DNA of 64,000 nt from the NCBI GenBank assembly GCA_963845515.1, contig CAWJSR010000017.1:21678-85677 (forward strand), read 5' to 3'. Source of the stretch: an uncultured delta proteobacterium. GTDB taxonomy: Bacteria; Myxococcota; Myxococcia; Myxococcales; Anaeromyxobacteraceae. A program made the translations under genes and the position numbers. Positions within the stretch are counted from its first letter, which is position 1, and every line of letters begins with the position of its first letter. The notes beneath the pieces were generated by a model. That model ran no database searches, was not told where the DNA came from, and saw nothing but the letters and a program-made list of their open reading frames with translations. Below are positions 22,460 through 34,257 of the stretch, piece after piece.

Positions 22460-23830
22460 TCACCACCGGGTAGCGCAGGCCACCGCGCCAGGCGCGTCGC
22501 AGGCGACCTCGGCGGCCTCCAGGTACTCGAGCATCTCCTCGGCGGTGACTGCGCCGACCACGCGCGCAGGCGACTCGCGGCCGCCGTCGTCGACGAACAC
22601 GACCGTCGGCATCCCCTGGACGCCGTACTTCGCCACGAGCGCCTGGAACGGCGCGTCGTCGGCGGTCCCGTCCAGCTTGAGCGCGACGAAGCGCGCCGCC
22701 TTCGCCTGGACCCGCGGATCCGACCAGACGTGCTTGTCGAGCTCCTTGCAGGCGACGCACCACTCGGCCCAGAAGTCGACGAGGAGCGGCCGCTTCTCTG
22801 CGCGCGCCAGCGCCAGGGCGGCCGGCTCGTCGTGCAGCCACGCCAGCGCGGAGCCCTTGCGCGTGCGCGCGTCGGCCGCGCCGGCGGAGTAGGCGATCGC
22901 CCCGACCAGGAGGGCTACCCCGGTCCCCTTGAGCAGCCGGTCGGCGCCGCTGCCGTGGAAGCTCCGGTTCAGTGCGCCCATCAGGACGCCGACGGCCGCG
23001 ACCGCCGCCGCCGCGACCGCCGCCCCCTTCGCGGCGGAGAAGAGCGGCTTCATCGCGGGGAAGGCGTCGCGGGCGAAGACGAGGGCCGCAGCCAGGAGCG
23101 CGACGCCGAAGAGTGACTTCACCGTCTCCATCCACGGGCCGCTCTTGGGGAAGGAGAGGCTGAAGGCGCCGATGAGGAAGAACGGGAGCCCCATCCCCAG
23201 CGCGTACGGGAACATGATGGCGAGGCCGTAGGCGACCGAGCCCTTCTGCGCGATGACGGCCAGGGCGGCGGCGAGGACCGGCCCGGTGCACGGGGCGGCG
23301 ATCACGCCGGCTACCAGCCCCATCCCAAACGCGCCGGCGTGCCCGGCGCCGCCCACCCGGCTCAGCCGCGCCTGGAGCGCGGGCGGCAGCGCGAGATCGA
23401 ACGCCCCGAACATGGAGACGGCCATCGCGACCAGGACCAGCGCGACCCCGCCGATCACCCACGGGTTGGACATCACGCTGCCGAAGGCCCTGCCGGTCAG
23501 CGCCGCCCCGACGCCGAGCGCCGAGTAGGTGACGGCGATCCCGAGGACGTAGAGCCCCGACAGGATCATCGCCTGACCCCGGCTACCCGCCTTCCGGGCG
23601 CCGAACAGCGAGACGGTGATCGGGATCAGCGGGTAGACGCAGGGGGTGAGGCTCGTGAGCAGCCCGCCCGCGAAGGCCGCCGCGATCGCGAGCGAAGAGC
23701 CCCGAATGAGGAGCCCCCCGATCCCAAGGTCAGACGTCGACCCTACGGGTCCTGAAACGAGGAGTTCCGGCAGGTAGAGGATGCCTGCGAAGGCGAACGC
23801 CGCTGCAGCGGCAAGGGCAAATGGGCGCAT
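22460..23830 (-). CDS. dsbD: DsbD/CcdA-thioredoxin protein-disulfide reductase
   Basis: LTPCVYPLIP, APCTGP, PKSGPWM, DFWAEWCVACK. Confidence 0.9.
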   Translation of the reverse strand: MRPFALAAAAAFAFAGILYLPELLVSGPVGSTSDLGIGGLLIRGSSLAIAAAFAGGLLTSLTPCVYPLIPITVSLFGARKAGSRGQAMILSGLYVLGIAVTYSALGVGAALTGRAFGSVMSNPWVIGGVALVLVAMAVSMFGAFDLALPPALQARLSRVGGAGHAGAFGMGLVAGVIAAPCTGPVLAAALAVIAQKGSVAYGLAIMFPYALGMGLPFFLIGAFSLSFPKSGPWMETVKSLFGVALLAAALVFARDAFPAMKPLFSAAKGAAVAAAAVAAVGVLMGALNRSFHGSGADRLLKGTGVALLVGAIAYSAGAADARTRKGSALAWLHDEPAALALARAEKRPLLVDFWAEWCVACKELDKHVWSDPRVQAKAARFVALKLDGTADDAPFQALVAKYGVQGMPTVVFVDDGGRESPARVVGAVTAEEMLEYLEAAEVACDAPGAVACATRW

Positions 23831-23986
23831 CAGCTACCACCTACCTCTAAAGGTAATCGAAAAGCGTTGTTGTGCCAGCCGTTTGCCCGTCAGCGGACTT
23901 GACCGGGTACATCGGAACCTAGTATTCGACCGTCGCCGTCCATGAACCGTGGACCTCACCACGGGATGTTGGATGCAGGTTGGGTC

Positions 23987-25201
23987 ATGAAGATTCCGAT
24001 CTACATGGACTACCACGCCACGACGCCGGTCGATCCGCGCGCGCTCGAGGCCATGCTCCCCTTCTTCACCGAGAGGTTCGGCAACGCCGCCTCCAAGAGC
24101 CACTCGTTCGGCTGGGCCGCCGAGGAGGCGGTCGAGGCGGCTCGGGAGCAGGTGGCGAGCCTGATCGGGGCGTCCGCACGGGAGATCGTCTGGACGAGCG
24201 GGGCGACCGAGTCGGACAACCTCGCCATCAAGGGGGTCGCCCAGTTCCACCGGGGCAAGGGCAGGCACCTCGTCACCTGCACCACCGAGCACAAGGCGGT
24301 CCTCGACTCGATGCACGCGCTGGAGCGCGACGGCTTCGAGGTGACGGTCCTCCCCGTGGAGAAGGACGGCCGGCTCGATCCCGGGCGGCTGGCGGCGGCG
24401 CTGCGCCCCGACACGATCCTCGTCTCCATCATGCATGCCAACAACGAGAGCGGCGTGCTCCATCCCGTCGAGGAGATAGGGAGGATCACCCGTTCGGCGG
24501 GCGTCCTCTTCCACTGCGACGCCGTCCAGTCGATCGGCAAGGTCCCCTTCGACGTCGAGCAGGCCAACGTCGACCTCGTCTCGCTCTCCGCCCACAAGAT
24601 GTACGGGCCCAAGGGCGTCGGCGCCCTGTACGTCCGCCGCAAGCCGCGCGCGCGGCTCACCGCGCAGATGGACGGTGGCGGCCACGAGCGTGGCCACCGC
24701 TCCGGCACCCTCAACGTCCCCGGGATCGTCGGGTTCGGCAAGGCGGCGGAGCTCTCGCTGGCGGAGCGCGACGTCGAGGCCTCCCGCGTGATGGCCCTCC
24801 GCGAGCGGCTGCGCAAGGGGATCGAGGCCGAGCTGGACCTGGTCCAGGTCAACGGCAGCCTGGAGCACCGGCTCCCCGGCAACCTCAACGTGAGCTTCGC
24901 CTACGTGGAGGGCGAGGCGCTGATGATGGCCATCAAGGACGTGGCGGTGTCGTCCGGCTCCGCCTGCACGAGCGCCTCCCTCGAGCCCTCCTACGTCCTG
25001 CGCGCCATGGGGGTGCCGGATGACATGGCCCACAGCTCGCTCCGCTTCGGCCTCGGACGCTTCACGACGGAGGAGGAGGTCGACTACGTCGTGAAGCTGC
25101 TGGTCGCCAAGGTCAGGAAGCTAAGGGACATGTCGCCTCTGTACGAGATGTTCCGCGAGGGCGTCGATTTGCAGAAGGTCCAGTGGGTGGATCAACACTA
25201 G
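23987..25201 (+). CDS. iscS: Cysteine desulfurase
   Basis: [45 protein letters not shown]. Confidence 0.96.
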   Translation: MKIPIYMDYHATTPVDPRALEAMLPFFTERFGNAASKSHSFGWAAEEAVEAAREQVASLIGASAREIVWTSGATESDNLAIKGVAQFHRGKGRHLVTCTTEHKAVLDSMHALERDGFEVTVLPVEKDGRLDPGRLAAALRPDTILVSIMHANNESGVLHPVEEIGRITRSAGVLFHCDAVQSIGKVPFDVEQANVDLVSLSAHKMYGPKGVGALYVRRKPRARLTAQMDGGGHERGHRSGTLNVPGIVGFGKAAELSLAERDVEASRVMALRERLRKGIEAELDLVQVNGSLEHRLPGNLNVSFAYVEGEALMMAIKDVAVSSGSACTSASLEPSYVLRAMGVPDDMAHSSLRFGLGRFTTEEEVDYVVKLLVAKVRKLRDMSPLYEMFREGVDLQKVQWVDQH

Positions 25202-25249
25202 CCTCGTGGCGCCGCGGCGCCGCGAGGGCAGGTCTGGAGGGTGACGGCC

Positions 25250-25684
25250 ATGGCGTACTCGGAGAAGCTCGTCGACCACTACGAGAACCCGCGCAACGTG
25301 GGCTCCCTGGACAAGAACGACCCCGCCGTGGGGACCGGGCTCGTCGGCGCGCCAGCGTGCGGTGACGTGATGAAGCTGCAGATCCGCGTGAGCGCCGACG
25401 GGATCATCGAGGACGCCAGGTTCAAGACCTTCGGCTGCGGGTCCGCGATCGCCTCATCGTCCCTCGTCACCGAGTGGGTGAAGGGCAAGACCGTGGACCA
25501 GGCGCTCCAGATCAAGAACACCGACGTGGCGCAGGAGCTCGCGCTGCCGCCAGTGAAGGTTCACTGCTCGGTCCTCGCCGAAGACGCGATCCGGGCGGCC
25601 ATCTCCGATTATCAGAGGAAGCGGGACCCTGCCCCCGCCGCGCAGCCGTCAGGCGCGGCGAAGAACACACCGAAGGCCGGCTGA
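25250..25684 (+). CDS. iscU: Fe-S scaffold protein
   Basis: [44 protein letters not shown]. Confidence 0.96.
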   Translation: MAYSEKLVDHYENPRNVGSLDKNDPAVGTGLVGAPACGDVMKLQIRVSADGIIEDARFKTFGCGSAIASSSLVTEWVKGKTVDQALQIKNTDVAQELALPPVKVHCSVLAEDAIRAAISDYQRKRDPAPAAQPSGAAKNTPKAG

Positions 25685-25704
25685 GCCGGCCGGGGAGCCT
25701 CACG

Positions 25705-26034
25705 ATGGCGGAGATCGAGATCTCGGAGAAGGCGGCGGTCCGGCTCCGCACCCTCGCGACCGAGCGGGGGACGCCGAAGGGCGGGCTCCGTCTGGGCGTG
25801 AAGGGGGGCGGCTGCTCCGGGCTCACCTACTTCGTGGACTGGGCCGCCGAGCCGGCGAAGCTCGACCAGATCTTCGAGCGGGAGGGGGCGCGGGTCTTCG
25901 TCGATCCCAAGAGCGCGCGGTTCCTCCAGGGGACCACCGTGGAGTGGCAGCAGACGCTGATGCACAGCGGGTTCGTCTTCAAGAACCCCAACGTCAAGAG
26001 CGCCTGTGGTTGCGGCGAGTCCTTCACCCTCTGA
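25705..26034 (+). CDS. iscA: A-type Fe-S carrier
   Basis: [26 protein letters not shown]. Confidence 0.94.
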   Translation: MAEIEISEKAAVRLRTLATERGTPKGGLRLGVKGGGCSGLTYFVDWAAEPAKLDQIFEREGARVFVDPKSARFLQGTTVEWQQTLMHSGFVFKNPNVKSACGCGESFTL

Positions 26035-26039
26035 TCGCC

Positions 26040-26661
26040 TTGACCAGCTGCTGGGCATGCAAGGCGGACGTAAGGCTCGGCGCGCTCACCTGCGCGGCCT
26101 GCGGCAAGCTCCAGCCGGTCGATCGGCGCGAGGACTACTTCTCGCTCTTCGATCTCCCGCGCGCGTACGGCGTCGATCCTGCCGACGTCGAGCGGCGCTT
26201 CCGAGAGCGCTCGCGGGTCGTCCACCCCGACCGGTTCGCGAAGGCCGAACCCCGTGAGCGGCGCTTCGCCCTCGAGCGCGCCACGAGGCTCAACGACGCG
26301 CACCGCGTGCTGCGGGACTGGCGGCAGCGGGCGGGCTACCTCCTGAGGCTCGCCAACCAGGACCCGTTCGGCGACCCACGCGCCGCCCACGATCCGGAGT
26401 TCCTCGAGGAGCAGCTCGAGCTCCGCGAGGCGCTGGCGGTCGCGCACGCCGGCGGCGATCTCGACCGTCTCCGCGAGCTGGCGAGCGACGCGAAGGGGCG
26501 GCTCGCCGCGCTCGAGCTGGAGCTGAGGCAGCATGTTCGACGACGAGCGGTGGTTCTCGGACCACGCCCTGGACGTCGCGCGCCGGCTCGCGCGCGCCCG
26601 GTACTACGAAAACCTCGCCGCCGACGCCGAGCGCGCCGCGCAGGCCCCGGCCAGCACCTGA
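26040..26661 (+). CDS. hscB: Fe-S co-chaperone HscB with N-terminal Zn finger (late frameshift)
   Basis: CWAC...[27 protein letters not shown]. Confidence 0.9.
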
Positions 26662-26672
26662 AAGGGAGCCGC

Positions 26673-28544
26673 ATGCCTCGCGCGATCGGCATCGACCTCG
26701 GCACGACCAACTCGCTCGTCGCGTGGGTCGACGATCGCAACCGTCCCCAGGTCCTCCCGGTGGACGAGGGGCGACCGCTGCTGCCCAGCGCCGTCCACTA
26801 CGGACCGGACGGCGCCGTGGAGGTGGGCGCCTCGGCGCGGCGCCGCGCGCCCGAGCGTCCCGTGGACACCATCCTCTCGGTGAAGCGCTTCATGGGGCGT
26901 GGGCCCGGTGACCTCCGGCCGGAGGACCGCGGCATCTACCGCTTCGACGAGGGTGGGGCGGTCGTGCGGCTCCGCGTGGACGGCGACCGGAAGGCGGTCT
27001 CGCCCGTCGAGGTCTCGGCCGAGATCCTGAAGGCGCTCAAGCGGCAGGCGGCCGCGGCGCTTGGCGAGCCGCCGGCGGGCTGCGTGATCACGGTGCCGGC
27101 CTACTTCGACGACGCGCAGCGCCAGGCGACGCGCGACGCCGGCAGGCTGGCGGGGCTCGAGGTGCTACGGCTCCTCAACGAGCCGACCGCGGCGGCCATC
27201 GCCTACGGCCTCGACAAGCGGGTGGAGGGGACCTTCGCCGTCTACGACCTCGGCGGCGGGACCTTCGACGTCTCGATCCTCCGGCTCGAGCGCGGGGTCT
27301 TCGAGGTGCTCGCCACCGGTGGAGACACGCACCTCGGCGGGGACGACCTCGACCGGGCGGTGGCGGCGCGGCTCCTCGACGGTGGCCTGGTCCCCGCGTG
27401 CTCCACCCCATCACCGGCCGTGCTGCGCGGCGCCGTCGCGGCGGCGCAGCGGATCCGCGAGGCGCTCAGCGCTCAGGAGGAGGTCGAGGCCGACGTCGAG
27501 CTGCCCGAGGGCTTCCGGCTCCGGGCGCGGCTCACCCGCTCCGAGCTGGAGGCGCTCATCCAGCCGGTGGTGGAGCGGACTGCCGGACCGTGCCGCGCCG
27601 CGCTGCAGGACGCGCGGCTCGAGGCCGTCGACGGGGTGGTGCTCGTCGGCGGGACGACCCGCACGCCGCTGGTCCGGCGCCACGTCCGCGCGCTCTTCGG
27701 CATCGAGCCGCTCACCGACCTCGACCCGGACACGGTGGTGGCGCTCGGCGCAGCGGTCCAGGCCGACGCGCTGGAGCGGGGCGGGCGCGAGGACGTGCTG
27801 CTCCTCGACGTCATCCCGCTCTCCCTCGGCGTGGAGATGATGGGGGGCGTCGTCGACAAGATCATCATGCGCAACTCGACGATCCCGGCGAGCGCGACGC
27901 AGCAGTTCACGACCTACGCCGACGGCCAGACGGGGATGGTGGTCCACGTGTGCCAGGGTGAGCGCGAGCTCGCCCACGACTGCCGGTCGCTGGCCCGCTT
28001 CACGCTCAAGGGGATCCCGCCGATGCCCTCCGGGATCGCCAGGGTCGAGATCTCCTACGCCGTCGACGCCGACGGCATCCTGTCGGTCTCCGCCAGGGAG
28101 GCCACCACCGGGATCGAGCAGAAGATCCAGGTGAAGGCGACCTACGGCCTCTCGGAGGAGGAGGTCGAGAAGATGCTCATCGAGAGCATCGAGCACGCCG
28201 AGTCGGACGTCGAGGCGCGGTTCCTGCTGGAGTGGCGCGTGGAGGGGGAGCGGCTCGCGCAGAACCTGGAGGCCTCCTTCGCGCTCGACGGGGAGCTGCT
28301 CTCGGCGGCGGAGCGGCGCGCGATCGACGAGCGCGTCGCCGGGCTCCGGGCGGCGATCGCCGGCGACGACTACCTGGCGATCAAGGCCTGGATCGAGTCG
28401 GTCGACGGCGCCACGAAGGAGTTCGCGGAGCGCCGGATGAACAAGCACATCGCGCTCGCGATGCGCGGGCAGCGGGTGGACGCCTTCAGCGCGGAGCTGG
28501 TCGAGCCGCCCCGCGCACCGGTCCAGGCCGAAGAGGGGGAGTGA
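26673..28544 (+). CDS. hscA: Fe-S chaperone HscA (Hsp70)
   Basis: [43 protein letters not shown]; isc operon position. Confidence 0.93.
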   Translation: MPRAIGIDLGTTNSLVAWVDDRNRPQVLPVDEGRPLLPSAVHYGPDGAVEVGASARRRAPERPVDTILSVKRFMGRGPGDLRPEDRGIYRFDEGGAVVRLRVDGDRKAVSPVEVSAEILKALKRQAAAALGEPPAGCVITVPAYFDDAQRQATRDAGRLAGLEVLRLLNEPTAAAIAYGLDKRVEGTFAVYDLGGGTFDVSILRLERGVFEVLATGGDTHLGGDDLDRAVAARLLDGGLVPACSTPSPAVLRGAVAAAQRIREALSAQEEVEADVELPEGFRLRARLTRSELEALIQPVVERTAGPCRAALQDARLEAVDGVVLVGGTTRTPLVRRHVRALFGIEPLTDLDPDTVVALGAAVQADALERGGREDVLLLDVIPLSLGVEMMGGVVDKIIMRNSTIPASATQQFTTYADGQTGMVVHVCQGERELAHDCRSLARFTLKGIPPMPSGIARVEISYAVDADGILSVSAREATTGIEQKIQVKATYGLSEEEVEKMLIESIEHAESDVEARFLLEWRVEGERLAQNLEASFALDGELLSAAERRAIDERVAGLRAAIAGDDYLAIKAWIESVDGATKEFAERRMNKHIALAMRGQRVDAFSAELVEPPRAPVQAEEGE

Positions 28545-28550
28545 GGCGGC

Positions 28551-28856
28551 GTGCCGCGCGTCACGTTCCAGCCGGAGGGGCGCTCGGTCGAGGTGCCCGC
28601 GGGCACCCTCGTGATCGACGCCGCGGAGGAGGCCGGGGTGCTCCTGCCCGGGAACTGCGGCGGCGTCTGCGCCTGCACCACCTGCCACGTCTGGATCGAG
28701 TCGGGCGGCGAGACCCTCTCGGACCTGGGCGAGCGTGAGGACGACAAGCTCTCCGAGGCGATGGGGCTCCGCGCCGAGTCGCGACTGGGCTGCCAGGCCC
28801 GCGTCGGCAGCGGCGACGTGGTGGTCCGGATCCCCGGGAATCGGGTAGGGCACTGA
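28551..28856 (+). CDS. fdx: ISC-type 2Fe-2S ferredoxin
   Basis: CGGVCACTTCHV...SRLGCQ. Confidence 0.93.
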   Translation: MPRVTFQPEGRSVEVPAGTLVIDAAEEAGVLLPGNCGGVCACTTCHVWIESGGETLSDLGEREDDKLSEAMGLRAESRLGCQARVGSGDVVVRIPGNRVGH

Positions 28857-29110
28857 CGTAGGCGCTGACGTCCCTTTCCGCACATCCACATCCAGGCAGC
28901 TTCACGTGCTGCGAAGGGCGTCCGTGTAGGCGCGCCGCGCACGTCTCGTAAAGCGCCCGCCATGTCGGTGGGTTGGACCGCGACGACGAGGACCCTTGCG
29001 CTCCGGGAGTGAAGTCGGCAGCGTCCGCACTTCACGTAGACATCCGGCGCTTCCCGCCCGGGGGCGAAGTGCGTCCCGCGAACACGGGACGCGCGCTTGG
29101 AGGGTACGAC

Positions 29111-29974
29111 ATGCAGGACAACACGAAGACCGACGCAGTGCGCCCGACTGCTCCCTCGGCAGGGCGGCCACCGCCGCTGCCATCGAAGGCGAAGCAGGCG
29201 GCCGCAGGCGGTGCGCTCGTCGAAGGTGAAGGCGTTCCTGGAGATCAGGCGGCTGAGGTTCTCGAGCTCCCTGCGCGACCTGGGGAGCTGGATGCGCCGG
29301 CGGAAGCTCCTGGCAGGGGTGGGCGGGCTGGCAGTGGTCCTCGCAGTGGCGGGCGGGATCGCGTTCGCCTTCGACGCCCTCCCCGAGCTCGACCTCGACT
29401 TCTCGTCCCCTGAGACCGTCGCCGACGCGACCCGGAACGTCAGGGAGCACCCGCAGGACGCCGGCGCCCAGCGTGACCTTGGCCACGCGCTCTTCGCGGC
29501 CAGGCATCGCGCGGCCGGGGTCGCAGCGTACCGGCATGCCCTCACGCTCGACGCCGGCGCAGCGGACGACGGAGCTGGCGGCGAACCTCGTCTCCTGCTT
29601 CGGGACGAAGCAGCAGGAGGTGGCCGAGGCCGTCATCTGGAAGAACAAGGTGGTCGCGGCGCAGGCGGGGCTCGAGGCGCTCGTCGAGCTCACGGCGGTC
29701 CAGCGTCCGCTGGGGCGCGGTGCAGACGCTCGACCGGCTGAGGAAGGGGACCAGGGCGAACTGGGAGACGGCCTACATCCTCGACCTCGACTCGCCGAAG
29801 TGCGACGTCCGCAGGCGCGCCGTGGACAAGCTCGGCGACATCGGCACGCAGCGCGCCGTCAAGGCGCTCCGCGCCGCCAGGGCCGACGACGAGAAGACGG
29901 GCGGCTGGTTCAGCTCGCGCTGCCTGGGTGCCCGGCTCGAGACCGCGGAGAACCAGATCCTCGCGCGGCGGTGA
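29111..29974 (+). CDS. Membrane-anchored TPR/HEAT-repeat hypothetical protein (frameshifted)
   Basis: GGAGGG RBS; one TM; PQDAGAQRDLGHALF and CDVRRRAVDKLGDIG in successive frames. Confidence 0.55.
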
Positions 29975-30000
29975 GTCGGTGGGGTGAGGGGCGACCTCTC

Positions 30001-30037
30001 CCTCACCCCGTCCCTCTCCCTCACCGAGGGAGGGGAA
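30001..30037. repeat. REP-like extragenic palindrome (CCCTCACCCC-GTCCCTCTCCC...GGGAGGGG type)
   Basis: Hairpin between convergent genes; also pairs with GGGGTGAGGG at 29981-29990. Confidence 0.55.
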
Positions 30038-30044
30038 GTTCCTC

Positions 30045-31097
30045 TCAGTTCGCCCACTTCAGGACGGCGCCGGCGATCCGCGGGAGCGGCAGGATCTCAT
30101 CCACTCCGCCCCGCTCGATCGCCTCCTTCGGCATCCCGAAGACCACGCAGGTCGCCTCGTCCTGCGCGATGGTGTGCGCGCCGGCCTGCCTGAGCTCGAC
30201 CATCCCGTCCGCGCCGTCGTCCCCCATCCCCGTCATGATGACGCCGACGGCGTTCTTGCCGGCCGCCTGGGCCGCGGAGCGGAACAGGACCTCCACGCTG
30301 GGGCGGTGGAGCTTCACCGGCGGCCCGTCGAGGACGTCGACGAAGTAGAGGGCGCCGGAGCGCCGGACGGCGAGGTGGTGGTTGCCGGGGGCGATGAGCG
30401 CCCGGCCCGACACCAGCCGGTCGTTGGTCTCCGCCTCCTTCACCTCGATCCTGCAGACCTCGTTGAGCCGCTTCGCGAACTGGGCCGTGAAGACCTCCGG
30501 CATGTGCTGCACTATCGCGATGCCCGGCGCGTCGGGTGGCATCGCCTCCAGGAACTCGCGCAGCGCCTCGGTGCCGCCGGTGGAGGCGCCGATGACGACG
30601 ACCTTGTGGGTGGTCTCCCGGATCGAGAACTTCCTGGGCGGGAGCACCGCGTCGGCCCCCACCTTCTGGACGACGGGGACGCGGAGCCGCGGGCGCACGC
30701 GCACGCGCGCCTGGGCCGCGGCCCTGACCGCGTGGACGATCCGGGTCGCCGACTCCTCCAGGAAGCCCTTCAGCCCGAGCCGCGGCTTGGACACGATCTC
30801 GACGGCGCCCTCCTCGAGGGCGTGGAGGGCGACCTCGGTGCCCGGTCCGGCCAGCCCCGAGCAGACCACTACCGGGATCGGGTCGCTGGACATGATCCGG
30901 CGCAGGAAGGTGATCCCGTCCATCCGCGGCATCTCGATGTCGAGGAGGATCACGTCCGGGCGGCGCTTCGCGAGCTTCTCCAGGGCGATGATCGGGTCCG
31001 AGGCGGTCTCCACGTACATGCCGACGCGCCCGAGGATCTGGCTCATCGCCGTCCTGACCACCGCCGAGTCGTCGACCACGAGGACGTTGATCGCCAC
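30045..31097 (-). CDS. cheB: Chemotaxis methylesterase with receiver domain
   Basis: [49 protein letters not shown]. Confidence 0.96.
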   Translation of the reverse strand: MAINVLVVDDSAVVRTAMSQILGRVGMYVETASDPIIALEKLAKRRPDVILLDIEMPRMDGITFLRRIMSSDPIPVVVCSGLAGPGTEVALHALEEGAVEIVSKPRLGLKGFLEESATRIVHAVRAAAQARVRVRPRLRVPVVQKVGADAVLPPRKFSIRETTHKVVVIGASTGGTEALREFLEAMPPDAPGIAIVQHMPEVFTAQFAKRLNEVCRIEVKEAETNDRLVSGRALIAPGNHHLAVRRSGALYFVDVLDGPPVKLHRPSVEVLFRSAAQAAGKNAVGVIMTGMGDDGADGMVELRQAGAHTIAQDEATCVVFGMPKEAIERGGVDEILPLPRIAGAVLKWAN

Positions 31098-31111
31098 GGG
31101 GCTCCTCGTCG

Positions 31112-32032
31112 TCAGCGCGCGCGCCCGGCGCGAGGTGACGCGCCGAGCGCGTACACCGTCGGGATGATGCTGCGTACGCGGTCGGTGAACCCGCCGAGGC
31201 TCTCGGCGTGGCCGAGGAAGAGGTTGCCCGTCGGCACGAGCCGGTCGAGCAGCCTGGAGACCACCCGCTCCTTCGTGGTGCGGTCGAAGTAGATGAGGAC
31301 GTTGCGGCAGAAGACCAGGTCGAAGCTCTGCGCGGGTGGCCACTCGTCGCCGTTCAGGTTGAACCGCTCGAACTTGATCAGCGCGCGGATCTCGGGGCCG
31401 GCGCGCATGGTGCCGGCGTAGTCGCCGAACCCCTTGAGCATGAACGCCTTGAGGTAGGGCTCCGGGATCTCCGAGGCCTTTGCGATGGGCCAGGTGGCCG
31501 CGCGCGCGCGGTCGAGGATCTTGGTGGAGAGGTCGGTCGCCAGGATCTCCAGCGACCAGCCGGCGGGGAAGGCGGTGAGCAGCGACATCGCGAGGGAGTA
31601 GGGCTCCTCGCCCGACGAGCACGCGGCGCTCCAGACGCGCACCCGGCGCTCGCGCTTGCCCGCGTCGGCCTGCTGCTGCCAGGCCGGGTAGACGTCGCTG
31701 ACCAGGAACTCCCAGTGGCGAGGCTCGCGGAAGAAGTGGGTCTCGTTGGTGCAGATCGCGTCGACCATCTTCGTCCGCTCGGCGGGATCCTCCGAGACGC
31801 GGTCGTAGTACTCGCCGTAGCTCATGATGCCGAGCTCCCGCAGGCGGCGCGCGAGCCTCCCCACGAGCAGCGCCTTCTTGACCGGGGAGAGCCAGATCCC
31901 GGCCTCCTTGTTGACGAGCGCCTGGTACCTGGCGAAGTCGGGGTCCGAGATGTGGTTGAGGGTCCGGTGGGCCTCGGCCGCCGCGGCGAACATGTCCTTC
32001 AGGTTGCGCGTCTCGCGCTTCGGCTCGTTCAT
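31112..32032 (-). CDS. cheR: Chemotaxis methyltransferase
   Basis: [39 protein letters not shown]. Confidence 0.96.
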   Translation of the reverse strand: MNEPKRETRNLKDMFAAAAEAHRTLNHISDPDFARYQALVNKEAGIWLSPVKKALLVGRLARRLRELGIMSYGEYYDRVSEDPAERTKMVDAICTNETHFFREPRHWEFLVSDVYPAWQQQADAGKRERRVRVWSAACSSGEEPYSLAMSLLTAFPAGWSLEILATDLSTKILDRARAATWPIAKASEIPEPYLKAFMLKGFGDYAGTMRAGPEIRALIKFERFNLNGDEWPPAQSFDLVFCRNVLIYFDRTTKERVVSRLLDRLVPTGNLFLGHAESLGGFTDRVRSIIPTVYALGASPRAGRAR

Positions 32033-32054
32033 CGCGCGTCCCCCCCGTGCTGCG

Positions 32055-33716
32055 TCAGACCGCCTCGGCCGCCGCGCGCTTCAAGGTCTCACGCAGGAGC
32101 CCCGGCACGTCGAGGATGAGCGCGACCCGACCGTTCCCGAGGATGGAGGACCCCGACACGCCCGGGATGTTCTTGAACATCGAGCCGAGCGGCTTGATCA
32201 CGGTCTGGCTCTCGCCGACCAGCCGATCGACCACCACCCCGGCGGTCTCGTTGCCGTTCTGGACGACGACCACGTTCTCCCGCTGCGGCCGCTCGCCGTC
32301 CAGGTTGAACTGGCTCCGGAGCCGCAGCCAGGGGAGCGGCGTGCCTCGCAGGTTGGTGATCCCGAGGCCGTTGCGTCCCTCCGCCTCCTCGAGCGGGAGC
32401 GCCAGGCACTCGACGACCGAGTCGAGCGGGAGGATGAACGTCTCCTCCGCCACCTCGACCCGGAACCCCTGGATGATCGCGAGGGTGAGCGGCACCTTCA
32501 CGGTGACGAGGGTCCCCAGGCCGGGCCGGGTCGCGACGGCGACCTGGCCTCGCAGGGCCTCCACGTTGCGCCGCACCACGTCCATGCCGACGCCGCGCCC
32601 GCTGATGTCGGTCACGCGGTCGCTCGTCGAGAAGCCTGGCTCGAAGATGATGCGCGCGATCTCCTCGTCGGTCATGCGGGACGGGTCGGCCACCAGGCCG
32701 AGCGCGGCCGCCTTCTCGGCGATCCGGGCGCGATCGAGCCCCTTCCCGTCGTCCTCGACCTGGATGACCATGCTGCCGGCCTCGTGGAACGCGCGGAGCA
32801 CGAGGCGGCCCTGCGGGGGCTTCCCGGCTGCGATCCGCACCTCGGGGGCCTCGATGCCGTGGTCGATGGCGTTGCGGACCATGTGGACGAGCGGGTCACG
32901 GATGTGCTCGATGACCGCGGTGTCCACCTCGACGTCCTCGCCCTCGACCTGAAGGGCGCAGCGCTTCCCGCCCGCCTGCGCGACGTCGCGCACGGTCCGG
33001 GCGTGCTGGTGGAACGTGGGCCCGATGGGGACCATGCGGGCCTTCATGATCAGCTCCTGGAGGTCGAAGAAGAGCCGGTCAGTCTCGCGGTGCGCCTCGA
33101 GGACCTCCTCCGGGGACAGGTCGGCGCGGCGCTCCAGCGTCTCGGCCAGCCTTCCGCGCGCGATGGCGATCTCGCCGGAGAGGTTGAGCATCCGATCGAG
33201 CTTGGACACGTCGACGCGGAGGCTCCGGGCGGAGCCGTGCGCGACCCTGGCCGCGCCGTCGCCGGCGTCGCCGTTTGCCGGCGCGTCCTGCAGGCCCGCG
33301 ACTGAGGGGTCGATCCCGACTGCGCACGTGGCCTCCGCCAGCCTGGCGCGGAAGGCGGTGGTCTCGGGCGTCGGCGCCAGGCTCCCGGCGGCGGCCTCGC
33401 TCATCCCGGAGCGGAGCACGTCGACCGACTGGAGCAGCAGCGTCACCAGCGTGTCGTCGACGGTCAGCTCCTTCTTGCGGATCCGCTCGAGGAGGCTCTC
33501 CAGGTCGTGGGCGAGGTCCTTGACCGCGTCGAAGCCGACCAGCGACGCGCCGCCCTTCAGCGTGTGGGCGTCGCGGAAGAGGGCGTGGAGCAGCCCGTCG
33601 TCCGAGGGGGTGCGCTCGAAGGCGACGAGCACCTCCTCCATGTGCGCGAAGATCTCCTCCGCCTCGGCCAGGAAGGTCTCGAGGAGCGCTTCTCGGTCGA
33701 TCTCGAATTCGTCCAC
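32055..33716 (-). CDS. cheA: Chemotaxis histidine kinase (short, apparently no P2)
   Basis: FRDAHTLKG, HMVRNAIDHGIE, DDGKG, FEPGFST, SGRGVGMDVV, PLTLAI, C-terminal CheW domain. Confidence 0.96.
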   Translation of the reverse strand: MDEFEIDREALLETFLAEAEEIFAHMEEVLVAFERTPSDDGLLHALFRDAHTLKGGASLVGFDAVKDLAHDLESLLERIRKKELTVDDTLVTLLLQSVDVLRSGMSEAAAGSLAPTPETTAFRARLAEATCAVGIDPSVAGLQDAPANGDAGDGAARVAHGSARSLRVDVSKLDRMLNLSGEIAIARGRLAETLERRADLSPEEVLEAHRETDRLFFDLQELIMKARMVPIGPTFHQHARTVRDVAQAGGKRCALQVEGEDVEVDTAVIEHIRDPLVHMVRNAIDHGIEAPEVRIAAGKPPQGRLVLRAFHEAGSMVIQVEDDGKGLDRARIAEKAAALGLVADPSRMTDEEIARIIFEPGFSTSDRVTDISGRGVGMDVVRRNVEALRGQVAVATRPGLGTLVTVKVPLTLAIIQGFRVEVAEETFILPLDSVVECLALPLEEAEGRNGLGITNLRGTPLPWLRLRSQFNLDGERPQRENVVVVQNGNETAGVVVDRLVGESQTVIKPLGSMFKNIPGVSGSSILGNGRVALILDVPGLLRETLKRAAAEAV

Positions 33717-33730
33717 GGTGGTTCTCCTGC

Positions 33731-34237
33731 CTAGAGGAGGCGGATCCAGGCGGCTCCGTCGTCGGAGTGGAACACGAGCTTCCGCCCCTTCGTCCCGCCG
33801 ACATCATGCTCGATTACCGGGATCCCCATCGCCGCCAGCGACTCCAGCGCGAGCCTCGCGTTGTCGTCGCCCAGCCGCTTCCCGTTGCTGAACGCGCCGA
33901 TCACCGACGCGCCGCCGAAGACCTTCGCCTTGAGGCGGCGCGGATCGGCGCCGGCGCCCACGACCTCTTCCACGAGCCGCGGAATCGCGACGCTCCCGAA
34001 GCGCGACGACTTCTCGCGCTCGACGTGGAAGGGGAGCAGGTAGTGGTTGAGCCCTCCCACGCCCGCGTCGGGGTCCCATAGGCAGACCGAGACGCACGAG
34101 CCCAGGATGGTGACGATCGCGGTCGGACGCCTGGCGACGGCCACGTCGCCGGCGTGCAGGTAGACCTGCTTCCGCCCGCCGTCTCCGGGAGCGTTCGAGG
34201 CTGGTGAGGGCGGGTTGTCTGCCGGGAGCGCTGCCAT
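33731..34237 (-). CDS. cheD: Chemoreceptor glutamine deamidase
   Basis: TILGSCVSVCLWD, GGLNHYLLP, AKVFGGA, DVGG..GRK. Confidence 0.93.
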   Translation of the reverse strand: MAALPADNPPSPASNAPGDGGRKQVYLHAGDVAVARRPTAIVTILGSCVSVCLWDPDAGVGGLNHYLLPFHVEREKSSRFGSVAIPRLVEEVVGAGADPRRLKAKVFGGASVIGAFSNGKRLGDDNARLALESLAAMGIPVIEHDVGGTKGRKLVFHSDDGAAWIRLL

Positions 34238-34257
34238 TGATTGACGCCGGATCGGGC

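Noticed and set aside
25944..28544. Apparent HscB-HscA fusion (866 aa)
   Set aside because: The linker is out-of-frame Arg/Pro-rich text and hscA has its own RBS and ATG at 26673, so this is a frameshift artefact.
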